Shown one piece after another: positions 1 to 9,471 of a stretch of DNA of 64,000 nt. The DNA is taken from positions 24,853 to 88,852 of the forward strand of contig JANQXM010000029.1 of NCBI GenBank assembly GCA_030729385.1, given 5' to 3'. Below the pieces are notes generated by a model. That model was not told the DNA's origin. It did no database searches and worked only from the letters and a program-made list of their open reading frames with translations. The number at the start of each line of letters is the position of its first letter. Position 1 is the stretch's first letter. Source of the stretch: Opitutales bacterium. GTDB lineage: Bacteria; Verrucomicrobiota; Verrucomicrobiia; Opitutales; Coraliomargaritaceae. The position numbers were made by a program, and so were the translations under genes.

Positions 1-181
1 CTACACATTGGTTTACACGTGTAGTTCTGCGTGTGCTCTGAATGTCTTTAGCATGCCATTAGGATGCCTGATTGCTTGTTATTGTCTTTATATATAAGCA
101 TTTAGGAATTTTTTTGGCTTTTAAGATGTGTATGGGTATGCGTGTTCATCGGGTATTCTAGATTTTATTCTAAGCGATTGC

Positions 182-212
182 TTGACACGTGACTTGTTGG
201 CTGCAATATTCT
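182..212 (+). promoter_or_regulatory. candidate promoter for 263..3400 carrying a TTGACACGTG box
   Basis: TTGACA at 182-187 is followed 17-19 nt later by AATATT/TATTCT (205-212). The same CTTGACACGTG box and flanking AGATTTTA recur upstream of the paralogous gene at 3686-3696. Confidence 0.3.
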
Positions 213-262
213 TCTCCTCACATTCCCTTAACCCCACTAAAACTATATTTCTACTATAGTCT

Positions 263-3200
263 ATGAAACCCATGAAAACAAACCTCGCGCGGCATTTTGG
301 CCGCTCCATCGGGATCGCGCTCATCGCAGCCGCTCCTGCCGCCATCGCTGCTCCAGTCGGAGTTGCTGATGATTTTGAATCCTATACTTCCGGTGCGACG
401 CCTCTTGTTGCGGACTGGAGCACCACATACCAAGCGGATCCGTCGGATCAGCAGAATCTCTTTACAGTCGAGGATGCGCTCGGAGAGGGTGGCAGTAAGG
501 GATACTCGCTTGACGTGCTCACCGCAGAGCAGAGCTACAAGAGTCTGCGCCAAATTGGGGCGACTGGAGATGTAGTTATCGTTGAGGCTGACTTTCAGAT
601 CGCGATCGACGGCACTTTGCTCACCGACACTCCTAGCGGTGTCAACAAAGGTATCCTCGGGCTTGAAATTAGTAATACTCCGACTTGGTTTGATGGCAAT
701 GGCTTCACGGTAGCTCTTGCTCGCCGCGATAACGACTTCTGGGGGTTGTCATTGAATGCAGCTCCTTTTATCGAGGGCTTTGAAAATAACACGGCCTTGG
801 GGCTTCCACCTCGCGCAGGAGAGGGACTCGCAGCGCCGGCAGGGACTAGTGACTGGTTCACTGTGAGCCTTGCGCTCACAGACACGGGTGCTGCTTCACC
901 AGCATCTGGTTGGACCTGTGTTGCCACAGTGACCAATAGGTCAACTGGAGCCGTGGTATTTACCTCACCTTCATGGGACCTTCCAAACACAATTCTGGCT
1001 GGTTCAACTTTGTATGGCGGGCTTACTTCGCCGTTTTCTGGCTATACCGGAGACAAGGTGAATACCGTTGGCAAGGTTAGCGCAGCAACCGCCGACAATT
1101 TTAGCATCTTTGGCTATTCGTCGTCTATCGATGCGGACGGCGATGGATTGACGGAACTCGAAGAAGGCCTACTCGGCACGAGTGACAGCGATTCCGATTC
1201 TGATGATGATGGCTACAGCGACAAGTTCGAGGATGACAATGGCTACGATCCACTTGATGCGAACAGCAACCCATTGGTTACTCTCTATGCTGACTTCTCA
1301 GAGGCGAATGGGTATGTGGACGGCAACCTTAGTGGTCAAGAAGGCTGGCTAGGGCAGACCAACACTCAAGTCGATGCCACTGCTGGCACAATCAGCAATA
1401 CTGGCGCTGGATATATCCGCACAGTCCACGGCAACGGGGTTCTGGGGAGCACCGGAGGTAATCCGGCAACGGCTACAGGCACCTTCGCGACCGGAGACGT
1501 TATTTCGATAGATTACGACTATCAATTTACATTGCCGCCTGCTGTGAATTCCAATATGGTGGTCGCGGGATTCCGCGGGGAAACGGCATCTGATTCCAAG
1601 CCTAAGCAGGGCTTCAAACTAGCATATAACCAATTCTCGGCAGCAACTGGTGGAAACATCAAGTTCTGGCCGGATTTGGCCGATACTGTGAATGGCGACG
1701 CCCTTATTATTGATGGTTCTTTATTTGGTCTTAACGGTGCTGGTGATCCGGGAGTGGGCACTGGAGCTGTCGATCTTGAAAGCGATGACATTAGGATCTC
1801 CTATCTCGCTGAGTGCACCGATGCTGGCACCAATGCATGGGAGGTCACTGGCTTTACAGTCACTAATCTCACAACATCGCAGACCTGGAGTTACTCCGGT
1901 CCTACTCAGACATTCACTTACGATGACGACGGAGCCACTGTCCCAGCGACTCCAACGGAGGCGTTTTTCGCTCAGCAACTTGCACCGAACGGTCAAGCTA
2001 CCTTCACTGGAAGATCAAGCCGAGTTGTTCTTAAATATGCTACTAGTGGCGTCGACGCGGATATGGACGGTCTCTCTCAGGCTGAGGAATTGGCGCTCGG
2101 CACCTCCGACGGTAATGATGACACTGACGGTGATACCTTCAGCGACTTCGCCGAAGTGAACGCGGCGCCGACTACTGATCCGCTTGACGCGAATTCGTAT
2201 ACGGACGCTCCGCTTCGCTCGGAAGTGGACTTCAATGATTATGCTCTCGGGACGCCTTCCGGCACACTATGGAGCACCAAATGGTCAGGTGCCCCTACGA
2301 CTTCCCAGCAAAATCTGTGGGCAGTGGAAGCCGCCAATGGAGTGGACGGCAGCCAGGGTTATGCCCTTGATGTCACCACCGCTTGGCGCAACTACCATAC
2401 CATCAATCAGGCCTCCGTCACTGGAGATGTCCTGACTCTCAGTGGTGATGTTCGTTTCTCAACTACTGGAGCCCCGCTCAACGAAGAGCCAGCTCCTGGG
2501 ATCAATGGTGTCAACGATGGCTTTATCGGCCTTGTGGTCACCACGGAACCCGCATGGTGGCAGGTCAATAATACCAATGGCGGTTTCACCTTCCAGGTTG
2601 CACGTCGTGCTGATGACAACTGGGGCGTTTTCGTCAATGGATCTGTAGAGGCTTGGTTGTCCAATGCCGATATCGGGCTAGCTGGTGGACTCACTGCTTC
2701 TGAAAGTGACTGGTTCACTCTAAGTGCGCAGATTGCTCCGAACGCTGGTGGCACCGCTTATGAGATCGTCTGCACTGTCTCCTATCAGGGGACGCCACTC
2801 CACACCACTGCCGCGATCGAACTCGACAATGTGGTATTCCCAATCGGTGGTGCCATGTATGGCGGATTCTCCACGGGTTACAACAATGACCCTAGCAACA
2901 CGGGTTCCCCGCTTATCGGTTCTGACACCGTTTCGTTTATGCCTGTTGGAAATATTGCCAAGGTCGCTTCTGTGGACATGGACAACTTCTCCTTGGTCGG
3001 CTACAGCGACTCTATCGATATTGACATGGACAACTTGAGCCAGTCTGAGGAATTCCTCCTTGGAACTAGCGATCTCAACACAGACACTGATGGTGATAGC
3101 TACAACGACGATACTGAAGTGAACGCTGGAACTGATCCGCTTAACCCGCTCGACTTCCCAGTCGGAACGCCTGTTGATCCACAAGTTGGTTCCTTTGGCT

Positions 3201-3400
3201 TCACTGGTGGTGACACAGTGACCATTGCATTCACGGGTGAGGCGTCTACCGTCTACAAGTTGACGCATACCGTCGATCTGGCGACTTCGTTTGTGTGGGT
3301 TATGGACACTCCAGCCACTGACGGTTCGGGTAATGGTTCGGTTACTTACGTAATCCCAGATCCAGTGCCTGCGAACAGCTTCTTCAGAATTGAGGAATAG
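263..3400 (+). CDS. secreted 1045-aa modular repeat protein: two copies of a ~260-aa lectin-like module, a distinct middle module, three thrombospondin-type-3-like Ca-binding stretches and a C-terminal beta-sandwich
   Basis: N-terminal signal peptide (IALIAAAPAAIAAP). Internal duplication of aa ~33-292 and ~650-915. D-x-D-x-DG-rich stretches (DADGDGLTELEEGLLGTSDSDSDSDDDGYSD and two more). Ends in SFFRIEE. Followed by a strong terminator. Confidence 0.8.
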   Translation: MKPMKTNLARHFGRSIGIALIAAAPAAIAAPVGVADDFESYTSGATPLVADWSTTYQADPSDQQNLFTVEDALGEGGSKGYSLDVLTAEQSYKSLRQIGATGDVVIVEADFQIAIDGTLLTDTPSGVNKGILGLEISNTPTWFDGNGFTVALARRDNDFWGLSLNAAPFIEGFENNTALGLPPRAGEGLAAPAGTSDWFTVSLALTDTGAASPASGWTCVATVTNRSTGAVVFTSPSWDLPNTILAGSTLYGGLTSPFSGYTGDKVNTVGKVSAATADNFSIFGYSSSIDADGDGLTELEEGLLGTSDSDSDSDDDGYSDKFEDDNGYDPLDANSNPLVTLYADFSEANGYVDGNLSGQEGWLGQTNTQVDATAGTISNTGAGYIRTVHGNGVLGSTGGNPATATGTFATGDVISIDYDYQFTLPPAVNSNMVVAGFRGETASDSKPKQGFKLAYNQFSAATGGNIKFWPDLADTVNGDALIIDGSLFGLNGAGDPGVGTGAVDLESDDIRISYLAECTDAGTNAWEVTGFTVTNLTTSQTWSYSGPTQTFTYDDDGATVPATPTEAFFAQQLAPNGQATFTGRSSRVVLKYATSGVDADMDGLSQAEELALGTSDGNDDTDGDTFSDFAEVNAAPTTDPLDANSYTDAPLRSEVDFNDYALGTPSGTLWSTKWSGAPTTSQQNLWAVEAANGVDGSQGYALDVTTAWRNYHTINQASVTGDVLTLSGDVRFSTTGAPLNEEPAPGINGVNDGFIGLVVTTEPAWWQVNNTNGGFTFQVARRADDNWGVFVNGSVEAWLSNADIGLAGGLTASESDWFTLSAQIAPNAGGTAYEIVCTVSYQGTPLHTTAAIELDNVVFPIGGAMYGGFSTGYNNDPSNTGSPLIGSDTVSFMPVGNIAKVASVDMDNFSLVGYSDSIDIDMDNLSQSEEFLLGTSDLNTDTDGDSYNDDTEVNAGTDPLNPLDFPVGTPVDPQVGSFGFTGGDTVTIAFTGEASTVYKLTHTVDLATSFVWVMDTPATDGSGNGSVTYVIPDPVPANSFFRIEE

Positions 3401-3430
3401 TCGGTCTCTACAGACTTCTCTATAAATCTA

Positions 3431-3460
3431 GCCCCGGGAGTTTTCTCCCGGGGCTTTTTA
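3431..3460 (+). terminator. rho-independent terminator
   Basis: GCCCCGGGAG-TTTT-CTCCCGGGGC perfect 10-bp stem followed by TTTTTA, 31 nt after the stop of 263..3400. Confidence 0.8.
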
Positions 3461-3686
3461 TTGTCATACCGAGAGGTTTCATGCGGGAATTTTAGCCTCC
3501 TAGTAAACTTAATTTTACTTGTGTAGTTTTACAGGGTTTTAAGTGCATCTAGTTTTTCATTTGGTTATCATTAAAATTACCTAAACCCAATGTTATTATG
3601 GTATTTTGCTGTTTAATAGTGAGCTGAGCTCTAGGCGAAATTGCGCATGAATTGATAGTTTAAGATTTTATAATAGGACCCATTAC

Positions 3687-3714
3687 TTGACACGTGGATT
3701 GTAAGTAGTAGCAT
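3687..3714 (+). promoter_or_regulatory. candidate promoter for 3854..7453 (TTGACA-N16-TAGCAT) with a TTGACACGTG box
   Basis: TTGACA at 3687-3692 and TAGCAT at 3709-3714. The box and its upstream AGATTTTA are shared with the promoter region at 182. Confidence 0.3.
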
Positions 3715-3853
3715 CCGTATTTCTTACGATTCTCCTTATCCCTATATTCAACGCAGTCTTAGGCAATTGTCAGGTAGCGTCGTTGGTAATTCATTTTTCA
3801 TACAGTGCGATGTAGTAGCCTTTGCTTCACGCGTAAGTTAGTAACTTTTCCTG

Positions 3854-6800
3854 ATGAGACCGCTCACTTCAGCCATACGTTTTTCGTTCTGCACGCTCCT
3901 TCTGAGCATCGTGATCGCACAGTATTCTGTTTGCGCAGCACTTACGCAATCGGTCCAATTTACACCGGTTGAGGACGTCTACATTGAGAATGCGATCGTG
4001 AATGATGGGAACCAGCTGCGGTGCCAGTCCAGTGTGCGCACCGTCTATATGAAATTTACGGTTACGGGGATCCCCGCGGGCAGTGTGATTACTGATGTTA
4101 ACTTAAGCTTACAGGAAAATGGTGATACTGGTAACGGCACGCTCCGCTTTTTTCGTGGTTCAGACACTAGTTGGACCGAAAGTAGTATTACCGATCTGAA
4201 CGCACCCACCACACTCGATGAGGTGGGTATTCGCAGCGGCAGCGTGAGTAGTGCGGAGGTTATTGATGTCGACGTCGATTCACTGGTTACAGGCAATGAC
4301 GACTACACGGTCATAGTAGAGATGGACTCCGGTGGCAACGACGTTGCATTTGGATCGAGCGAAAGCGTTCGTATACCGTTACTCACAGTCACTTATGAGC
4401 TAGTATTGCCAGATGTATCGTTTGGTTTTGAAGAGACCTTTAACGACTTGCTTCTCGGATCTCAACCGACATCAATATGGAGCAGTAAGTGGGACGGGAA
4501 CAATCCCTCGCAGCGATTACTTTGGACGGTAGGGGCATCCAATGGTGTGGGTAGTTCGCAGGGGTATGCCTTGGATGTAACAACGGCTTCACGTAACTAC
4601 CATACGATTTATCAGACAGCTGTTGCTGGAGCTGTCGGGCATACGCTTAATTTGAGAGCTGACTTCCGCTTCTCGACTACTGGAGCTCCTCTCGACGAAA
4701 CGCCTGCTCCTGGAATCAGTGGTGTCAACGATGGCTTTATCGGGCTAGTGATCACCACGGAACCCGAATGGTGGAAGGTCGGTGGGACCAATGGTAATTT
4801 CACCTTCCAGATCGCACGCCGCGAGGATAACAACTGGGGTGTCCTCGTTGATGGAATCAATGCATGGTTGTCGAATGCTGACATAGGACTTGATCCCGGA
4901 CTCACTGCCTCGGAAAGTGACTGGTTCACTCTGAGTGCGCAGATCGCCCCGAATGCCGGTGGGACCGCTTATGAAATCGTCTGCACGGTCTACTATCAGG
5001 GAACCGCACTCTACACGCATCCCGCCATCGAGCTCGACAATACCGTCTATCCGATCGGGGGCGACATGTATGGAGGGTTAACGACTGGTTACAACAGCGA
5101 CCCTAGCAACACGGGTGATGCGACTGGAGAGGATGCCACTTTACAGATGCCAGTTGGATCGATTGCCAAGATCGCCAGTGTGGACGTGGATAACTTCTCC
5201 TTCCTTGTCTACCCCGATGCATTAGAGCCTCACGGGCTAACTATGGATCCAACAGCCCAAGATTTGGACGCGAATGGACTTCCAGACATTTGGGAGGCGA
5301 TCTACCAAGCTTGGGGGCTAGATCCGGCTGCTGATTCCGACGGCGATGGTGTAAATAATGGCACCGAGGCCGGCTTCGGGACTGATCCTTTTGATCCGTT
5401 TGTCAGCCCCAGTGTTAGCATCCGAAAAGGAGAGGGGAACAACATCATTTTGTCTTGGGCTCAGCTCGAAGGGCGCCCCGGTTCAGCTCTATGCTTTACC
5501 GAGTTCGGCACGCTGCCTTTACCGGTCGCTACTGGAACGCCAGTTTTAAACGGTGATCGTTGGGAGCTGACTATACCGATTTCGCAAGACGCCGAATTCT
5601 TTCAAATTGCTAGCTCGGAGAGCGACCTCGATGGCGATGGAGTGCCCGATTGGATCGAGCCTTGGCTAGGCTTTTCCAGCGATCCGGGTGACAGTGAGTC
5701 GGTTGCCCTCGACAAGTCTTATGATACCGATGGCGATGAAGTCCTAGATACGAACCTAAGCGGTGATCTCTCTGCATTCAACGAAATCTATCGCCGCTCA
5801 TCCCCTGGCGAACGACTGACTCAAGCACAAGCAGCGCGCTTACTTCTTCAAGGAACTTTTGGACCGGCTTCGGTTAATGAGGTCGACTATGTCGCGCGTA
5901 TTGGTGCGGAGGCATGGTTGGATGAACAGCTGTTGCTTCCTGTGTCTTTCACCCGTCCCTACATTGACGCGATCAAGGCAGACTTTGAAAATGGTCAGAC
6001 CGATCCCGATCTGGCGGGCTACCAGATCAACGGCGGAGGTGGCACGCCTTTCGTTGGCGGAGGCAATTACATGACCGCGTGGATGCGGGTGGCTTTACAG
6101 TCGGAGGATCAGCTCCGCCAGCGAGTCGCTTTTGCGCTCAGCCAGATTCTCGTAGGCTCTAGAAGTGCTGCCGGTCTGGCCAATCAACCTAGGGCTACTG
6201 CCGCCTATTACGATCTCATGATTGAGCATGCCTTTGGTAATTTTGAAGACCTTTTGTTACAGGTCTCGATTAGTCCTTATATGGGGAATTATCTCAGTCA
6301 CCTCGGCAATCGAAAGGCCGATGTTTCGATCGAGCGTTATCCAGACGAGAACTATGCCCGGGAGATTATGCAGCTATTTTCAATTGGGCTGTGGGAACTG
6401 AATTTGGACGGCACTCAAAAGCTGGACGCGCAGGGCGAGCCGATTCCCACCTATGGGAACTATGAGATCACTGAGCTTGCCCGTGTTTTTACTGGAACTC
6501 ACTACGCTTCACTCACGAACTCGGGCACATCGTTCGGATCTGGTTGGCGGGATGATGGTGATAGTGTAAACGAGTGGATGATTACGCCGATGAAGGTCTA
6601 TGCCGTGCAGCATGATTTTGATTCTAAGCAAGTCGTTGCTGGCAACGGAACATACCACACAATTCCTGCCAGAGGCACCACTGATGAGAATGCCATGCAA
6701 GATGTGGAGGACGTGATGTATCACTTGGTGCGCCATCCAAATACCGCACCGTTCATATGCCGTCAATTGATCCAGTTCTTGATCACTTCCAATCCTTCGC

Positions 6801-7453
6801 CGGAATATGTCGCACGGGTTGCTTCCGTATTCGTAGATAATGGTTCCAGTGTGACAGGTGATATGAATGCTGTCGTCCGTGCCATATATCTGGATGAAGA
6901 GGCGCGCGACCCGCTAGAGCACCTAGCTACGCCATACTTCGGTCAACTTCGCGAACCACTCCTGCGCTACATGCATTTAGCACGTATGCTGAAGCTCGAC
7001 CGCCATGAGGATCTTCTTACTTGGGATTGGGGAAATCATCAAGCAGAGACGCTTCAAGAACCGATGAAGGCACCTTCTGTATTTAATTATTATCGCCCCG
7101 ACTTCCGGCTCTTCGGCACGCTCGCCGATAACGGGCTGGATTCACCTGCTTTCGGAATCGTCAACTCATACTCGTCCATATCGTTCCCCAACTGGATGTG
7201 GCGTCTGTGCTACCACGGCTTCAAATATATTGATTACGACTATCCGGAGGACCTCTCTGAACTAGTTGCTCTTGCTGGTGACATTCCGGTTTTACTCGAT
7301 CACCTGTCCTTGCTTTACACCGCCGGAACTTTGAGCGCAGAGAGTCGGCAGATTATTACGACCGCGCTTACCTCGGAGTCGAATCTAACTGAGCGCGCAC
7401 GTCTGGCTGCTTACCTCGTCCTTGTTTCTCCTGAAGGCTCCTGCCTGAAATAA
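3854..7453 (+). CDS. secreted 1199-aa fusion: DNRLRE-type CBM-like module + lectin-like module paralogous to 263..3400 + TSP3-like repeats + C-terminal DUF1800 domain
   Basis: Signal peptide. aa ~190-460 align with aa ~650-915 of the upstream protein. The C-terminal ~550 aa carry DUF1800 hallmarks (ARLLLQGTFGP...AWLDEQLLLP; LRQRVAFALSQILVGS). Confidence 0.8.
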   Translation: MRPLTSAIRFSFCTLLLSIVIAQYSVCAALTQSVQFTPVEDVYIENAIVNDGNQLRCQSSVRTVYMKFTVTGIPAGSVITDVNLSLQENGDTGNGTLRFFRGSDTSWTESSITDLNAPTTLDEVGIRSGSVSSAEVIDVDVDSLVTGNDDYTVIVEMDSGGNDVAFGSSESVRIPLLTVTYELVLPDVSFGFEETFNDLLLGSQPTSIWSSKWDGNNPSQRLLWTVGASNGVGSSQGYALDVTTASRNYHTIYQTAVAGAVGHTLNLRADFRFSTTGAPLDETPAPGISGVNDGFIGLVITTEPEWWKVGGTNGNFTFQIARREDNNWGVLVDGINAWLSNADIGLDPGLTASESDWFTLSAQIAPNAGGTAYEIVCTVYYQGTALYTHPAIELDNTVYPIGGDMYGGLTTGYNSDPSNTGDATGEDATLQMPVGSIAKIASVDVDNFSFLVYPDALEPHGLTMDPTAQDLDANGLPDIWEAIYQAWGLDPAADSDGDGVNNGTEAGFGTDPFDPFVSPSVSIRKGEGNNIILSWAQLEGRPGSALCFTEFGTLPLPVATGTPVLNGDRWELTIPISQDAEFFQIASSESDLDGDGVPDWIEPWLGFSSDPGDSESVALDKSYDTDGDEVLDTNLSGDLSAFNEIYRRSSPGERLTQAQAARLLLQGTFGPASVNEVDYVARIGAEAWLDEQLLLPVSFTRPYIDAIKADFENGQTDPDLAGYQINGGGGTPFVGGGNYMTAWMRVALQSEDQLRQRVAFALSQILVGSRSAAGLANQPRATAAYYDLMIEHAFGNFEDLLLQVSISPYMGNYLSHLGNRKADVSIERYPDENYAREIMQLFSIGLWELNLDGTQKLDAQGEPIPTYGNYEITELARVFTGTHYASLTNSGTSFGSGWRDDGDSVNEWMITPMKVYAVQHDFDSKQVVAGNGTYHTIPARGTTDENAMQDVEDVMYHLVRHPNTAPFICRQLIQFLITSNPSPEYVARVASVFVDNGSSVTGDMNAVVRAIYLDEEARDPLEHLATPYFGQLREPLLRYMHLARMLKLDRHEDLLTWDWGNHQAETLQEPMKAPSVFNYYRPDFRLFGTLADNGLDSPAFGIVNSYSSISFPNWMWRLCYHGFKYIDYDYPEDLSELVALAGDIPVLLDHLSLLYTAGTLSAESRQIITTALTSESNLTERARLAAYLVLVSPEGSCLK

Positions 7454-7466
7454 CCCCAACAGAACC

Positions 7467-8888
7467 ATGCCAAAACGCATCTCTCGTCGAAAATTTTTAG
7501 GTGAAGCCTCTTGCGCTGGTATCGGCTCGCTTTCCGTGCTCACCAGCCTGCTTAACCTTAAGTTGGCGAATCAAGCGGCCGCCGCGAATCTATCCATCGG
7601 TGGGGATTGTAAGACTATCGTCTGTATTCTGCTCGCGGGCGGGATCGATAGCTTCAACTTCCTCGTGCGTAGAGACGTTGATGGCTATGCCCAATATTCG
7701 GGGGCGCGCACGGATCTAGCGCTTGGTTCCGAGACGCTTCTTCCGATCAATCAATCGGGAGTGGGGGATGGCAACCTCTACGGACTACACCCCAGCTGTT
7801 CAGGGCTCGCAGATATGTTCAACGGCACCGGTCCCTTTGCCAGTTCTGGGTCACGCCTTTCCTTTATCAGTAACATCGGCACGCTCGTGCAGCCCACGAC
7901 GCTCACGCAATACCAGTCAGGTAATTTTCCGCTCCCTAAGTCACTGTTTTCGCACATCGACCAGATCACGCAGTGGCAGACTTCTGTGCCACAGGGGCTT
8001 TCCGAACTCAGTGGTTGGGCCGGCCGCATGGCGGACGTGTTACACTCCGACTTGAACACGGGCGCCACGTCGATGTCGATTTCATTGGCGGGAAACAACG
8101 TCTTCCAGATCGGTAAAGACACACTTCAGTTTTCGATCACTGAAGACGGCGCACTCTTGCCGAGTGGTCCTGCTGCAGGTCTTGGCAGCACAGAAGCTCG
8201 CAAGAATTTCGCAGTCGATGGTCTCCTTGGTGGCACCTACAATAATATGGTTCAGGATGCGTTTGCGACACATGTGAGTAATAGCCACGACTCTCAGGCG
8301 GCCTTTAATGCTGTTTACCAAAGCATCGATGACTCTGCCATTGCACCGCTTTTTCCTAGCACCGGCATCGCTCAAGAACTACTCGCTGCCGCTAAGACGA
8401 TTAAGGCGCGCGAACAACTCGGGTTGCGTCGCAGCACCATTTTCATTCAGCGCGGCGGATGGGATCATCACGGTGAGTTACTGGTCACTCAGGCTGCGAT
8501 GCTGGAGGAACTCTCTGATGCAATTTCTGCCTATCAGCAGGCGCTTGAGATCTTAGGCGTGGCCGATGATGTTATCAGTTACACTGCCTCCGATTTTGGT
8601 CGCACACTGCGCTCCAACGGACGTGGGACCGATCATGCATGGGGAGGGAATCAAATGGTTTGGGGTGGTCCCATCGACGGTGGTAATGTCTTTGGAGCTT
8701 TTCCAGATCTGTCTTTGAATGGTCCTGATGATGTTGGGTTTGGCGGACGTATGCTGCCTACGACATCGGTCGATAAATTCTTTGAGGAAATGTCGCTTTG
8801 GTTTGGAGTCTCTTCTGCTGACATGAATATGGTGCTTCCAAATATCGGTAATTTTTCCACGGAGCCGACGATCGGTTTCATTTCTTAA
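7467..8888 (+). CDS. DUF1501 family protein with twin-arginine signal (sulfatase/alkaline-phosphatase-like fold)
   Basis: Tat motif SRRKFLGEA. Motifs GGIDSFN, GGWDHHG and FGRTLRSNGRGTDHAWGG are typical of DUF1501. It starts 14 nt after the DUF1800 gene, the classical PVC gene pair. Confidence 0.8.
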   Translation: MPKRISRRKFLGEASCAGIGSLSVLTSLLNLKLANQAAAANLSIGGDCKTIVCILLAGGIDSFNFLVRRDVDGYAQYSGARTDLALGSETLLPINQSGVGDGNLYGLHPSCSGLADMFNGTGPFASSGSRLSFISNIGTLVQPTTLTQYQSGNFPLPKSLFSHIDQITQWQTSVPQGLSELSGWAGRMADVLHSDLNTGATSMSISLAGNNVFQIGKDTLQFSITEDGALLPSGPAAGLGSTEARKNFAVDGLLGGTYNNMVQDAFATHVSNSHDSQAAFNAVYQSIDDSAIAPLFPSTGIAQELLAAAKTIKAREQLGLRRSTIFIQRGGWDHHGELLVTQAAMLEELSDAISAYQQALEILGVADDVISYTASDFGRTLRSNGRGTDHAWGGNQMVWGGPIDGGNVFGAFPDLSLNGPDDVGFGGRMLPTTSVDKFFEEMSLWFGVSSADMNMVLPNIGNFSTEPTIGFIS

Positions 8889-8913
8889 ACTTAGGGAAAG
8901 GGGAGTTTAGACC

Positions 8914-9420
8914 GTGGTAAAGCCTCGCCTAGTAATTTTGATTCCGGTGCTAGTTGGCATTGCGGTCATCGCCATCTTGTTCTCTCGCTCATCTCGACCG
9001 AGCCCTGAGTCGGCAATCGCATCTGTTGAAGCGCCCAGTCCTATACTCACGCAAAGTGAGGTCTATCGGGGACCGGATGGTAACGCCTATCTCGTTGAGC
9101 ACGGACTGCCTGAGAGCACCGCTGCGCAGGATTTAAAACTCGTCGGACGTGTGGTGGATGGCATGCATAGTCTCTTCAAAGAGCTAGACACTCGCCATGT
9201 GGCGACTAACGAGCAACTCTCCGCCTTTCTTACCGGAGCCAATCCAGAAGGCCTTCAGTATCTGGATACAGACTTACCCATTTTTCAAAACGGACTTTTG
9301 TGCGACCGCTGGGGACAAGCCTATATCGTCCACCCACTCGGCACTGGGCAGATCGAAATAAGAACAATCGGAGCAGACGGGATTCCTTACAGCGACGATG
9401 ACCTTGTCCTCCAGCCGTGA
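8914..9420 (+). CDS. membrane-anchored hypothetical protein with a GspG-like (T2SS pseudopilin G) C-terminal domain and no prepilin motif
   Basis: GTG start 8 nt after AGGGGAG. One N-terminal TM helix. C-terminus DRWGQAYIVHPLGTGQIEIRTIGADGIPYSDDD resembles the DPWGxxY...GxDG...DD signature of GspG. Confidence 0.5.
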   Translation: MVKPRLVILIPVLVGIAVIAILFSRSSRPSPESAIASVEAPSPILTQSEVYRGPDGNAYLVEHGLPESTAAQDLKLVGRVVDGMHSLFKELDTRHVATNEQLSAFLTGANPEGLQYLDTDLPIFQNGLLCDRWGQAYIVHPLGTGQIEIRTIGADGIPYSDDDLVLQP

Positions 9421-9471
9421 GGCATTCGTCGAAGTTCATTGCAAAATGAAAAAAGTAGCGCATGCGCGTCC

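Noticed and set aside
121-575. Small ORFs 121..345, 254..553 and 297..575 at the left edge.
   Set aside because: They overlap the promoter and 5-prime end of the strongly supported 263..3400 gene in other frames or on the other strand, and have no motifs.
1131-3150. Three repeated ~140-nt segments (about 1131-1270, 2045-2200, 3010-3150) that might look like tandem or CRISPR-like repeats.
   Set aside because: They are in frame within ORF 263..3400 and encode the D-x-D-x-DG thrombospondin-type-3-like Ca-binding stretches. There is no repeat-spacer regularity. No CRISPR array is present in the window.
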